63,601 nucleotides of DNA, from the NCBI GenBank assembly GCA_016207605.1, contig JACQPJ010000023.1, positions 1-63,601 on the forward strand, given 5' to 3'. Under the pieces are notes generated by a model. It did no database searches. It had not been told where the DNA came from and saw nothing but the letters and a program-made list of their open reading frames with translations. The stretch is from Elusimicrobiota bacterium. GTDB lineage: Bacteria; Elusimicrobiota; Elusimicrobia; UBA1565; UBA9628. Positions 8,469 to 16,957 of the stretch are shown one piece after another. Every line of letters starts with the position of its first letter. The first letter of the stretch is position 1. Position numbers and translations under genes: made by a program.

Positions 8469-9406
8469 CAGAGACGGCTCCCTGAAAGCCGCTGCTTGAG
8501 GCGCTCCACGAACGCCTGGCCGAGCAGGTTGGTGGCGAAGGTGAACAGGAACAGCAAGGTGCCGATGAAGAAGAGGACGTGGTAGTGCGGGCTGCCGTGG
8601 ACGACTTCTCCCAGCTCGGCGGCGATGGTCGCCGAGAGGGTGCGCAGAGGGTCGGTCGGCGACAGGGAGAGGACGGCGGCGTTGCCCGAGGCCATCAGGA
8701 CGATCATGGTCTCCCCGATGGCGCGCCCGAACCCGAGCACGCACGCCGCGAAGATCCCCGGGAAGGCCGCGGGCAGGACCACGCGCCAGGCGGTCTGCCA
8801 GGGCGTGGCGCCCAGCGCGATGGAGCCTTCCCGGTAGCTTTGGGGCACCGCGGTCAGGGCGTCCTCGGCGACGGTGAAGACGATGGGGATGACGGCCAGG
8901 CCCAGCGCGATGCCGGCGTTGATCGCATTCAGGCGGTAATCGAGCCCCAGGAGGTCCTGGATGTAGGTCGCCATCACCATCAGCGCGAAAAAGCCCAGGA
9001 CCACGGACGGGATGCCGGCCAGGAGCTCGATGGAGGGCTTGATGATCTCGCGCAGCCACGAGGGGGCGAATTCGGAGCTGAAGACGGCCGCCCCCAGGGC
9101 CAGCGGCAGGGCGAAGAGCAGCGCCACCACGGTCGCCTTGATCGTCCCGGTCAGCAGAGGGAGCAGGGAGTATTTCGGGATCGCCGAGATCGGCTGCCAG
9201 GCGAACTCCTTGGGTTCGCTTGGCTCCGGGCTTTGCGGCAGGAAAAGCCGGGACAGGCCGGCCTCCTGCCGGACCTCCTGGGACAGGAGGACCGGCAGGG
9301 CTTCCTTGCCGATGAAGACGAAGATGAGGACCAGGCCGACGATGGCCAGCGAGGCGCTGACGCGTATGACGGCCTCGATCGCCGACTCGGCGGCGCGCCG
9401 GCTCAT
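8468..9406 (-). CDS. pstC: phosphate ABC transporter permease PstC
   Basis: ELLAGIPSVVLGFF, EGSIALGAT, GRAIGETMIVLMASGN. Confidence 0.94.
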   Translation of the reverse strand: MSRRAAESAIEAVIRVSASLAIVGLVLIFVFIGKEALPVLLSQEVRQEAGLSRLFLPQSPEPSEPKEFAWQPISAIPKYSLLPLLTGTIKATVVALLFALPLALGAAVFSSEFAPSWLREIIKPSIELLAGIPSVVLGFFALMVMATYIQDLLGLDYRLNAINAGIALGLAVIPIVFTVAEDALTAVPQSYREGSIALGATPWQTAWRVVLPAAFPGIFAACVLGFGRAIGETMIVLMASGNAAVLSLSPTDPLRTLSATIAAELGEVVHGSPHYHVLFFIGTLLFLFTFATNLLGQAFVERLKQRLSGSRL

Positions 9407-10227
9407 CGGATCGGGAAGTACCCGACTTGGCCGACGAGCTCCTGCCCCTCGGGGCCGGTGACCCAGCCGATGAAGCTCTTGATGTCTCCCGAGGGCTTGC
9501 TGCGGACGTAGAAATACAGGTCGCGGCTGATGGGATACTTGCCGGATTTCACGTGCTCCAGCGTCGGCTCGTAGGCCGCGTCCCCGTCGGTTTTCTTGAT
9601 CGGACAGAATTTGATGCCCTTGGCGTACGCCGCGCCGCCGTAGCCGATGCCGCGCTTGTCCTTGACGACGGCGTTGACGACCGCCGCCGTCCCCGGCAGG
9701 CTTTGGGCCATGGGACTGAAGTCCCGGCCTTGGAGGACGTTGTCCTTGAAGTAGACGTAGGTCCCCGAGTTGTTTTCCCGGGAGTACAGGATGATCTTGG
9801 CGTCCTCTCCCCCCACGTCCTTCCAGTTCGCGATCTTGCCGCGGTAGATCTGCTCCACCTGCCGCAGGGTCAGCTCCTTGACGGGGTTGGAGTCGTTGAG
9901 ATAGACGGCCAGGCCGTCGCGCGCCACCGGGATCTCGACGCCCAAGGTGTTAAAGCGGTCGCGGAGGCTGAGCTTTTCCTTCCGGCTCATCGGCCTCGAC
10001 GCCGCGCAGATGTCGGTCGAGCCGTTGATCAAGGCGGCAATCCCGGTTCCGGAGCCGCCGCCCGTCACCTGGATCGAGACGCCGGGATTCTTGGCCCTGT
10101 AGGCTTCGGCCCATTTTTGATTCAGGATGACCAAGGTGTCGGACCCCTTGATCGTGATGGTCGCGGCCGCGTTGAGCGGCACGGCTAGGGCCAACAGGCC
10201 GGCGGTGATGGACCTCATCGGCCTCAT
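9403..10227 (-). CDS. pstS: phosphate-binding periplasmic protein PstS
   Basis: Signal peptide, IKGSDT, GGGSGTGIAALING, SRENNSGTY, YPISRDLY. Confidence 0.94.
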   Translation of the reverse strand: MRPMRSITAGLLALAVPLNAAATITIKGSDTLVILNQKWAEAYRAKNPGVSIQVTGGGSGTGIAALINGSTDICAASRPMSRKEKLSLRDRFNTLGVEIPVARDGLAVYLNDSNPVKELTLRQVEQIYRGKIANWKDVGGEDAKIILYSRENNSGTYVYFKDNVLQGRDFSPMAQSLPGTAAVVNAVVKDKRGIGYGGAAYAKGIKFCPIKKTDGDAAYEPTLEHVKSGKYPISRDLYFYVRSKPSGDIKSFIGWVTGPEGQELVGQVGYFPIR

Positions 10228-10262
10228 GATTTCATGCCTCCGTTGTGGTTGTCGTGCGGATT

Positions 10263-11414
10263 CTAGAACTTGTATTGGACCTGGAGCGTGGTCGTGTTGT
10301 CCCGGACTTCTCCCGGATCTTCCGTGACCGGATTTTCCCAGGCCAGCGTGATCCGGACGTTGTCATCCCAGAAATAATGCGCGGCCAGCGTCGTCGTCCG
10401 GATGACGTCTCCCCCGGCGTCGCGATCGGCGTCGAAGACGTCGTAGCGCGCGGCGGCCTGGAAGGAGCCGCCCAGGTTCTGGACTTCGGCGAGGAACCAG
10501 CCCTCGTTGCGGGTCTGCCGCGCGGCCGGGTTCTGGACCCCTTGGCCGAGCATGTACTCGCCCCCGAACGACCCGCCGCCGAGAACGGGGAGTTCATAGT
10601 ACAGGAAAGCGTCCGCCCCGGCGTGCTTCTTGAGGACGGTCCCGGCGCTGCCGTCGGCCCGCGTCGCGAACCTCCGGTCGTACTCCTGGGAAATCCCCAG
10701 GTCCAGCCAGCCGAGGCTGTAGGCGACGCGGCCCATCCAGAGCTTGAACTTGTCGTTGTCGAACGTCTGCGGCGGCTTGATCCCGTTTCCGTTGAACAGA
10801 CCGAGCTTCACGTTGAGCCCCTCGACGGGGAGGTCGGGGACCTCGACGCGCGCTCCCTTGTCGCGCTCTCCGTCGAACACGGTCTTGCCGAACACCCGGG
10901 CGCGCTCTGGGAACTCCCGGGCGCTGGAGGTGCGCTCGATCTCGCGGCCGAAAAACCAGTTCTGCTGGCCCATGATCAGGTTGATCCCCCTGCCGGACCA
11001 GGGCTCGGTCAGCTTGACGTAGGCCTCCTTGAGCGTGACGCCGTCCTTGGTGGACATGTCGGGATACAGGACGAACTGGCTCGTAGGGTTGGCCGCGTAC
11101 GTGAACTTGATCCGCCCACGCCGGATCGAGAAGCTGTCCTGCTTGTCGGCCGCGGCCGGCGGGACGACGGCGTCGGCGGGGCGGTCGGCATGGCTCTCGT
11201 AGCGGGCCTGGAGGTAGCCGGTCACCTTGAGCCGCTTGAGACCGAGGACGTCGGCGCTGGAGCCCTGCTGGCTTTCGCTCATCGCCTCGACCTGGCTCTT
11301 GAGCTCGCCGAGGCTTTGCCGGACTTCCTGCAGGGTCGCCGGCTCTTGTCCCCAAGCGGTCGAAACGGGAAGCAGCGCGGCGAGAGCGGCAAGCCGCCCT
11401 TGGCGTCCTTTCAT
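10263..11414 (-). CDS. phosphate-selective porin (OprO/OprP-like)
   Basis: Signal peptide, short coiled coil, GYLQARY, FSIRRGRIK, C-terminal QVQYKF; first gene of the pst operon; start ATG 11414. Confidence 0.8.
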   Translation of the reverse strand: MKGRQGRLAALAALLPVSTAWGQEPATLQEVRQSLGELKSQVEAMSESQQGSSADVLGLKRLKVTGYLQARYESHADRPADAVVPPAAADKQDSFSIRRGRIKFTYAANPTSQFVLYPDMSTKDGVTLKEAYVKLTEPWSGRGINLIMGQQNWFFGREIERTSSAREFPERARVFGKTVFDGERDKGARVEVPDLPVEGLNVKLGLFNGNGIKPPQTFDNDKFKLWMGRVAYSLGWLDLGISQEYDRRFATRADGSAGTVLKKHAGADAFLYYELPVLGGGSFGGEYMLGQGVQNPAARQTRNEGWFLAEVQNLGGSFQAAARYDVFDADRDAGGDVIRTTTLAAHYFWDDNVRITLAWENPVTEDPGEVRDNTTTLQVQYKF

Positions 11415-11492
11415 CGGTTCGTCCCCTTTGATTCTTTTCTCACGTTGGGGAGATGTTAGCTTCGCGCCCCGGCGCCGCTCCATAGCGGCGGG

Positions 11493-11521
11493 GTAACTTG
11501 CAGTTGACGGGGGAATGACAG
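11493..11521 (-). promoter_or_regulatory. Pho box (three units at 11-bp period)
   Basis: Minus strand CTGTCAT-tccc-CCGTCAA-ctgc-AAGTTAC upstream of porin-pst; matches the PhoB consensus CTGTCAT repeated every 11 bp. Confidence 0.75.
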
Positions 11522-11538
11522 CCCCGGACCCGAGGGCG

Positions 11539-12486
11539 CTACCGGGCGCGCCGCGCGAGCGCCGTCTCGGCGATCCATTGCTGGGTGCCGCAGGAGCAGT
11601 AGTACGCGCCCAGGCGCAGACGGCGTTCCAGCGCGAAGCGCATCAGCTCCAGCGCGGTTTCCTCGCTGGAGGCGACGGCCGACCAGGAGAGCGCGCCGCC
11701 AGGCGCCTCGTCCTTGGCTCGGCAGCCCTGGCGTTGGAGCGCGTCCAGGTTCTGCGCCGAGGCGAAGAGCTCGTGGAGGATGAGATGACGGGCGCCCAGC
11801 GCCTCCAGCGTCTCCATCAGGCGCATGACGCGCTCGCGGTCGCGGGGGATGGCGGGAATCTCGACTTCGACGTCCGCGAACACCTCCAGGCCCAGGCGCA
11901 CCGGCCCTGGGTCGTAGCCGTTGGCGGCCAGGTTGACGCGCAGGGCGTCCACGCCGGCGTCCTTGAGGCGGCGCAGGAGCTCGGGAGTGAACAGGTCGCC
12001 GTTGGAGTAGAGGTCGATGCGCAGGCCCGGGCCCAGGCGCTCGCGCAGGAGCCGCGCCAGGCGCAGGGTCTTCTCGGCGTCGAGCAGGGGCTCGCCGCCG
12101 CTCAGGCCCACGCTGGCCACGTCGAGCTCTTGGAGAATCCGGGGGGCCTCCGCCTCGCTCGCGACGGCGCGGCCGTGCACGCTCATCCCGTCGCCGCGCG
12201 GCTTGGGGTTGAAGCAGAAGAAGCATTCCCGGCTGCAGCGGGTCGTCACGCAGAGATTGCTTCCGCGGCCCTCCAGGCAGGGGCGGCAGCCCGCCGGCAG
12301 CTCCCCCGTGTAGAACGTGGAGCGTTCGGGCCAGCCCTTGGCGCCCAGGCGCAGGACCTCCGCCCGGAGGGCGTCGCGCCGGCGCCGGGCCGCCTCGGCA
12401 TCGGCATCGCCGGCGAGCCGGTCCCGGCGGGCCAGACCGAGCGCATAGCGCTCGAAGGTCTCGGAACGGGGGCGCGCCTCGGACAT
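11539..12486 (-). CDS. radical SAM protein, function unknown
   Basis: CSRECFFC (CxxxCxxC), SGGEPLL, YSNG, extra GCRPC and YYCSC cysteines. Confidence 0.85.
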   Translation of the reverse strand: MSEARPRSETFERYALGLARRDRLAGDADAEAARRRRDALRAEVLRLGAKGWPERSTFYTGELPAGCRPCLEGRGSNLCVTTRCSRECFFCFNPKPRGDGMSVHGRAVASEAEAPRILQELDVASVGLSGGEPLLDAEKTLRLARLLRERLGPGLRIDLYSNGDLFTPELLRRLKDAGVDALRVNLAANGYDPGPVRLGLEVFADVEVEIPAIPRDRERVMRLMETLEALGARHLILHELFASAQNLDALQRQGCRAKDEAPGGALSWSAVASSEETALELMRFALERRLRLGAYYCSCGTQQWIAETALARRAR

Positions 12487-12566
12487 GGCGCGGACCGCCG
12501 GAGCAACGAAACGGCCTATATCAGACGCAATGCCAGTCGCTTAAGGATTCTGGATTAGAAGGAGGT

Positions 12567-12590
12567 AATTTTGACGCTACTGTCAAAATT
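12567..12590. promoter_or_regulatory. perfect 9-bp inverted repeat operator AATTTTGAC-N6-GTCAAAATT over a TTGACG -35
   Basis: Directly upstream of the HTH gene at 12608; extra GTCAAA half-site at 12593-12598. Confidence 0.65.
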
Positions 12591-12607
12591 TAGTCAAATA
12601 TACGCTA

Positions 12608-12811
12608 ATGATGCCCAGACTCGTTGACGCCAAGGAGGTATTGACCACTCCCCAGGTATGCGACCTACTCAACATTACCCGCCAAACTCTTTACGCCTGG
12701 CTCCAGCAGGGAAAGGTCAAGCCCTGGATGAGGGGCGGAGGTTCGTGGCTATTCATTCGTGCTGAAATTCTCAAGGCGAAGGATTTTCGATACCAGAGGA
12801 TTATGCCATGA
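12608..12811 (+). CDS. excisionase-like (HTH_17) DNA-binding protein, probable R-M controller
   Basis: LTTPQVCDLLNITRQTLYAWLQQGKV…GGSWLF. Confidence 0.8.
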   Translation: MMPRLVDAKEVLTTPQVCDLLNITRQTLYAWLQQGKVKPWMRGGGSWLFIRAEILKAKDFRYQRIMP

Positions 12812-12936
12812 AACAGCTTAGGAAGGCTGGAGGGACTAAGGTAAGGACTGGGCAATCTCTTCGGACGAACGCAGAAGGCGCCATCTGGGGCACAGGTGAT
12901 ATCTCTGGAGCTACAATGCTCCTCGATGCGGAGGGA

Positions 12937-13848
12937 ATGAAGGTTCCGCATCCGATCCCCTATCAAGGCAGCAAGCGAAATCTGGCCATTCAGATTCTCG
13001 CCTACTTCCCTGACCACATTGACAATCTTATTGAACCGTTTGCCGGCTCAGGTGCCATCACTCTAGCCGCGGCCGTACGCGGTTTGGCTGAAGGCTACCA
13101 CTTGAATGACCTGAACGCACCGCTCATAGAATTGTGGCGGATGATCATAGAGGAGCCGCAAAAGCTAGCGAAGCAGTACGAAAGGATTTGGCGAGACCAG
13201 CACGATGACCGCCGAGAATACTATTCCAGAATTCGCAACGAGTTCAATCAGACGCGCAGACCCCATCACTTCCTCTATCTCCTGGCTCGATGCGTAAAGG
13301 CTTCTGTGCGGTATAACTCGAAAGGCGAATTCAATCAGAGCCCCGACAAGAGGAGGATGGGCGCCTTGCCTACGACAATGTGCGATCATATCCTCGGGGC
13401 ATCCCATCTCCTAAACGGCAAGACGAAATGCACTTCGGAGGACTATAAGTCTCTTGTGAAACGCGCCCAGCCCGAAGATTTCATTTACATGGACCCACCC
13501 TACCAGGGAGTGTGCGGAGATCGTGACCCTCGATACCTCAAGGGAGTGCTCTTCGATGAATTCGTCGAAGCGTTGTGCGATCTTAATGCACGGGACATCA
13601 GCTACATCGTGAGTTACGATGGGAGAACGGGTGATAAGGTTCACGGGCGAACACTACCACCCAGCTTACAGCTCCGTCATATCGAATTGGCAGCGGGGCG
13701 CTCCTCGCAAGAGACGCTATTAGGACGATCAGCCGTGACCTACGAATCTCTCTATCTATCTCCGGCGCTGGAAAAAAGACTCCAGACCTGCCGCAGGAAT
13801 ACCAAGCCGACAGATGGGCAGTTGGTTTTACTTGAGGCAGGAAATTGA
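12937..13848 (+). CDS. Dam-like (D12 class) N6-adenine DNA methyltransferase
   Basis: PYQGSKR, EPFAGSGA, YMDPPY; ATG 12937 has a GGAGGG RBS (ORF extends to 12808). Confidence 0.9.
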   Translation: MKVPHPIPYQGSKRNLAIQILAYFPDHIDNLIEPFAGSGAITLAAAVRGLAEGYHLNDLNAPLIELWRMIIEEPQKLAKQYERIWRDQHDDRREYYSRIRNEFNQTRRPHHFLYLLARCVKASVRYNSKGEFNQSPDKRRMGALPTTMCDHILGASHLLNGKTKCTSEDYKSLVKRAQPEDFIYMDPPYQGVCGDRDPRYLKGVLFDEFVEALCDLNARDISYIVSYDGRTGDKVHGRTLPPSLQLRHIELAAGRSSQETLLGRSAVTYESLYLSPALEKRLQTCRRNTKPTDGQLVLLEAGN

Positions 13849-14576
13849 AACCCCCGAAGCTGCCCGCGAAATTCACTCGGCTCTGCAACAGCGTCACGGC
13901 TAAACGCCCTAAGACGGTGATCGACCACATCCTGAAACATGGCTTTATCACCACGCAGGACCTAAAGGACAAATACGGCTACAACCATCCGCCGCGGGCG
14001 GTTCGCGACGTGAAGGAGCATGGCATTCCGATTGTGATGTTTCGGGTTATCGGCAGCGATGGGCGGAAGATCGCCGCGTATAAATTTGGAGACCCAGAGA
14101 AGTTGCGCATGGGAACTCAGCTTGGACGCACCGTTTTATCGAAGGAGCTGAAGCAATCACTCGTTGAGCGCTATGGTGCGAACTGCGCCATTTATTGCGT
14201 TCCATTTCCAGAACGCGAGCTGCAGATCGACCACAGAGTTCCCTTCGAGGTCGCCGGCGACGATCCCAAAGCGACTGCAAAAATCGAGGACTACATGCTG
14301 CTTTGCGGGTCGGCTAATCGCGCCAAATCTTGGTCCTGCGAGCACTGCGTCAATTGGCTTGAACTTAAGAAGCCCGAGGTTTGTCGAACGTGCTATTGGG
14401 CCTACCCAGAAAGCTATATCCACGTCGCCATGCGACCAGTGCGGCGCGCAGATATCTTTTGGAGCGAGGGCGAGGTGGCAGACTACGACCTTCTCAAACA
14501 GAAGACAGAGCAGCTTCAAAAAAATATTCCGGGCTACGTCAAGGAAATTGTCAAGGAGCACCTAAAGGGCGGATAG
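13845..14576 (+). CDS. HNH-type restriction endonuclease, SphI-like
   Basis: YNHPPRAVRD, CAIYC, LQIDHRVPF, LCGSANRAKSWSCEHC, CRTCYWA; overlaps the MTase stop; resembles R.SphI as I recall it. Confidence 0.8.
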   Translation: MKPPKLPAKFTRLCNSVTAKRPKTVIDHILKHGFITTQDLKDKYGYNHPPRAVRDVKEHGIPIVMFRVIGSDGRKIAAYKFGDPEKLRMGTQLGRTVLSKELKQSLVERYGANCAIYCVPFPERELQIDHRVPFEVAGDDPKATAKIEDYMLLCGSANRAKSWSCEHCVNWLELKKPEVCRTCYWAYPESYIHVAMRPVRRADIFWSEGEVADYDLLKQKTEQLQKNIPGYVKEIVKEHLKGG

Positions 14577-14755
14577 CGCCCGCAACTAGGGCCCTGCGCC
14601 AAAATTTTATCCGGTCTTCTTCGTGTCTTGGTGTCTTTGTGGTTCATTCGTTCGCCCACAACGGGTCTTTAGGATCATGCCGCCTTCCTTGTGTATAATC
14701 GGGCGCGCTGTTGACACGCGGGCATTTTAGAGGCCAGGCGCCGGGGGTGGCTGGC

Positions 14756-15094
14756 ATGATCTCCTTCCTTTTCAACGTCGTCTTGTCTGCCGTGGTGATC
14801 GGCGTGGTGGTTTGGCTGGCGGGGCGCTCTCCCTCCGCCGCGGGTTTTGCGGCCGTCATGCCGCTGTCCGCCATGCTGATCCTGCCGTTGAGCCGCGCCA
14901 AGCTGGGCGGCGCGGGCACGGCCTTGTTGGCCAAAAGCATGCTCCTAGGAATTCCGACCGTCGCCGTGTTCATTCTCCCCTTCATAGCGGCTGGCAGGCT
15001 GAGGATCGGATTCTGGCAGGCCTATGCCCTGGGGTGCGCCCTGATGCTGCCTGCTTTCGCTCTCCATCGTTATTTGTTCAAGCTCTGGCTGTGA
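14756..15094 (+). CDS. small membrane protein (DUF3147-like)
   Basis: Four hydrophobic segments, RSPSAAGFAAVMPL; TATAAT at 14694-14699 upstream. Confidence 0.55.
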   Translation: MISFLFNVVLSAVVIGVVVWLAGRSPSAAGFAAVMPLSAMLILPLSRAKLGGAGTALLAKSMLLGIPTVAVFILPFIAAGRLRIGFWQAYALGCALMLPAFALHRYLFKLWL

Positions 15095-15126
15095 CGAAAA
15101 AGACCGCAGGGAGGCATGGAAATAAC

Positions 15127-15552
15127 ATGACCCGCAGGATTTGCCGCGCCGTTCTTCTCGCGTTGCTGGAGCTGCCGATCGTTTCTTTCGCCGCGGGGGC
15201 GGCGCCCACGAAAGAGGCTTCTTTTTCCGGGCGCTTCTACGGGATGGAAGGCCGGCTGATGCACACGTGGGACTTCAACGAGGACGGCACCTTCTATCAT
15301 GCGACGATCGCCTCGGGGGCCGGCACCAGCGTGCGCAGCGGCGAGAGAGGACGCTTCGCGGTCGAGGACGGCGTCTTGACCCTGCGCGTGCAGAAGACCG
15401 CCTCCGGCTTCGTCACGCCGGGCGTCGGGGGGCGCACGACCCAGGTCGGCGGCGGCGCGCAGGACAAGGAGGAGACGCGCCGCCTGCGCCTGAAACGGTC
15501 GGCCCAGGGCGTCGTCCTGGACGGCGTCGCGCTGAAAGTCAAGAGCTGGTAG
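15127..15552 (+). CDS. secreted hypothetical beta-rich protein
   Basis: Signal-peptide-like N-terminus, WDFNEDGTF…G.F.VEDGVLTL; GGAGG upstream. Confidence 0.6.
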   Translation: MTRRICRAVLLALLELPIVSFAAGAAPTKEASFSGRFYGMEGRLMHTWDFNEDGTFYHATIASGAGTSVRSGERGRFAVEDGVLTLRVQKTASGFVTPGVGGRTTQVGGGAQDKEETRRLRLKRSAQGVVLDGVALKVKSW

Positions 15553-15576
15553 CCGTCGGTCCTTGATTTTCGCCGC

Positions 15577-16821
15577 TCAGCGCAGTTTGGCCGCGTTGGG
15601 CAGGCCCGCGCCTTCCTCTTCCGGGCCGAGGCAGGCGCGCCGGGGCGCGGTCCGGCACACGGGGGCGGCGGAATCCTTCAGGGTCCGGGCCACGGCCGCG
15701 GGCCCGCGCGCGCCGCGCTCGACGGCGAGCGCGGCCAGTCCCGCCACGTGCGGCGCGGCCATCGAGGTGCCGGAGAACACGCCGTAGCGGCCCCCCGGCA
15801 CGGTGGAGAGGATCTCCACGCCCGGCGCGATGAGGTCCACCTCCCGGCCGCGGCTGGAGAACGGCGCGATCCAGTCCCGGGAGGCGGCCGACACGGCCAG
15901 GACGCCGGGGTAGGCCGCGGGATAGTCCACGCTCCCCGCCTCCGGCCCCTCGTTGCCCGCGGCGCAGACCACGGCCGCGCCCGCCGCGAGCGCCCCCTTC
16001 ACCGCCCTCTCCAGAGCCGGGCTGTTCTCCGGAGAGCCGAGGGACAGGTTGATGACGTCCGCGCCGGCCCGCGCCGCCCAGTCCAGGCCCGCGATGATCC
16101 AGGACACCTGCCCGCCGCCCTGGGCGTTGAGGACCTTGACCGGAAGGAGCGTCGCCTCCGGCGCCACGCCCAAGACTCCCCCGCCCAGGCCTCGCCCCGC
16201 GATGGTCCCCGCCACGTGGGTGCCGTGCCGGTTGTCGTCTCGGGGGGCGGCGCCCGGCGCCAGGACGTTGTAGCCCGCGCGGGGGTCGCAGCGCAGGTCG
16301 GGATGCCCGCAGTCCACGCCCGTGTCGATCACCGCCACGCGCACGCCCGCCCCCCGGCCCGCCGGCCAGGCCGCCGGCGCTCCCACCGCCCGCACTCCCC
16401 AGGGCACGCGCGGGTCCTCCGGCGGCCGCGCCGGCCGCCGCGCCTTGAGCGCCGCCAGGTCCCTCTCGATGCGGCGCTCGAAGGAAATGGAGCGCGGCCC
16501 CTGCCGCAGCCACGTCGCGTAGCGGTCCTCCTCGACCGCGACCACGGCCGGATGGCGGCTGACGGGGAGGGCGCCGGAGGCGCGGACCTCGTCGGCCGAC
16601 TCCAGCACCGCCAGCCCCAGCCGGGGATAGTCCCGGACCACGGCCAGACCCATCTCCCGGGCGGCGTCCTCGATCTGCGCGCGCGTCGTCCCCTCGCGAA
16701 CCGTCATCAGGAACGACCTGCGCTTGGGCCCCTGCAGGGCCCGCGCCCGCGGCGCTCCCGCCAAAAGACAAACGGCCGCGGCCAGCGCCGCGGCCGTCCT
16801 CAAGGCTCCTTTCGTCGTCAT
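15577..16821 (-). CDS. S8 subtilisin-family serine protease
   Basis: Signal peptide, VAVIDTG, HGTHVAGTI, AAGN, SGTSMAAPHVAG. Confidence 0.95.
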   Translation of the reverse strand: MTTKGALRTAAALAAAVCLLAGAPRARALQGPKRRSFLMTVREGTTRAQIEDAAREMGLAVVRDYPRLGLAVLESADEVRASGALPVSRHPAVVAVEEDRYATWLRQGPRSISFERRIERDLAALKARRPARPPEDPRVPWGVRAVGAPAAWPAGRGAGVRVAVIDTGVDCGHPDLRCDPRAGYNVLAPGAAPRDDNRHGTHVAGTIAGRGLGGGVLGVAPEATLLPVKVLNAQGGGQVSWIIAGLDWAARAGADVINLSLGSPENSPALERAVKGALAAGAAVVCAAGNEGPEAGSVDYPAAYPGVLAVSAASRDWIAPFSSRGREVDLIAPGVEILSTVPGGRYGVFSGTSMAAPHVAGLAALAVERGARGPAAVARTLKDSAAPVCRTAPRRACLGPEEEGAGLPNAAKLR

Positions 16822-16957
16822 GGGGCCGCCTCTCCGCGTTCCGTCTCGGGGCGGCGCCGGCCGGGTGGGTCCTTTAGGGGACCTCCCGCCCGGGCGACCC
16901 CGAACCCGGCCCGATGACGCAACCTCCCCGGCCGATCCCGGGGAGCAAAAGGCCCGC

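Noticed and set aside
11539-12486. Radical SAM as a maturase of the NHLP-clan peptide
   Set aside because: Separated by the whole pst operon, no RRE or SPASM motif visible
12608-12811. Excisionase as evidence of a prophage or ICE
   Set aside because: No integrase, phage or conjugation genes nearby; context fits an R-M regulator
14662-14677. CGGGTCTTTAGGATCA as another copy of the 16-bp motif
   Set aside because: Right half mismatched, no partner 24 bp away, and 16 rather than 22 nt from the TATAAT
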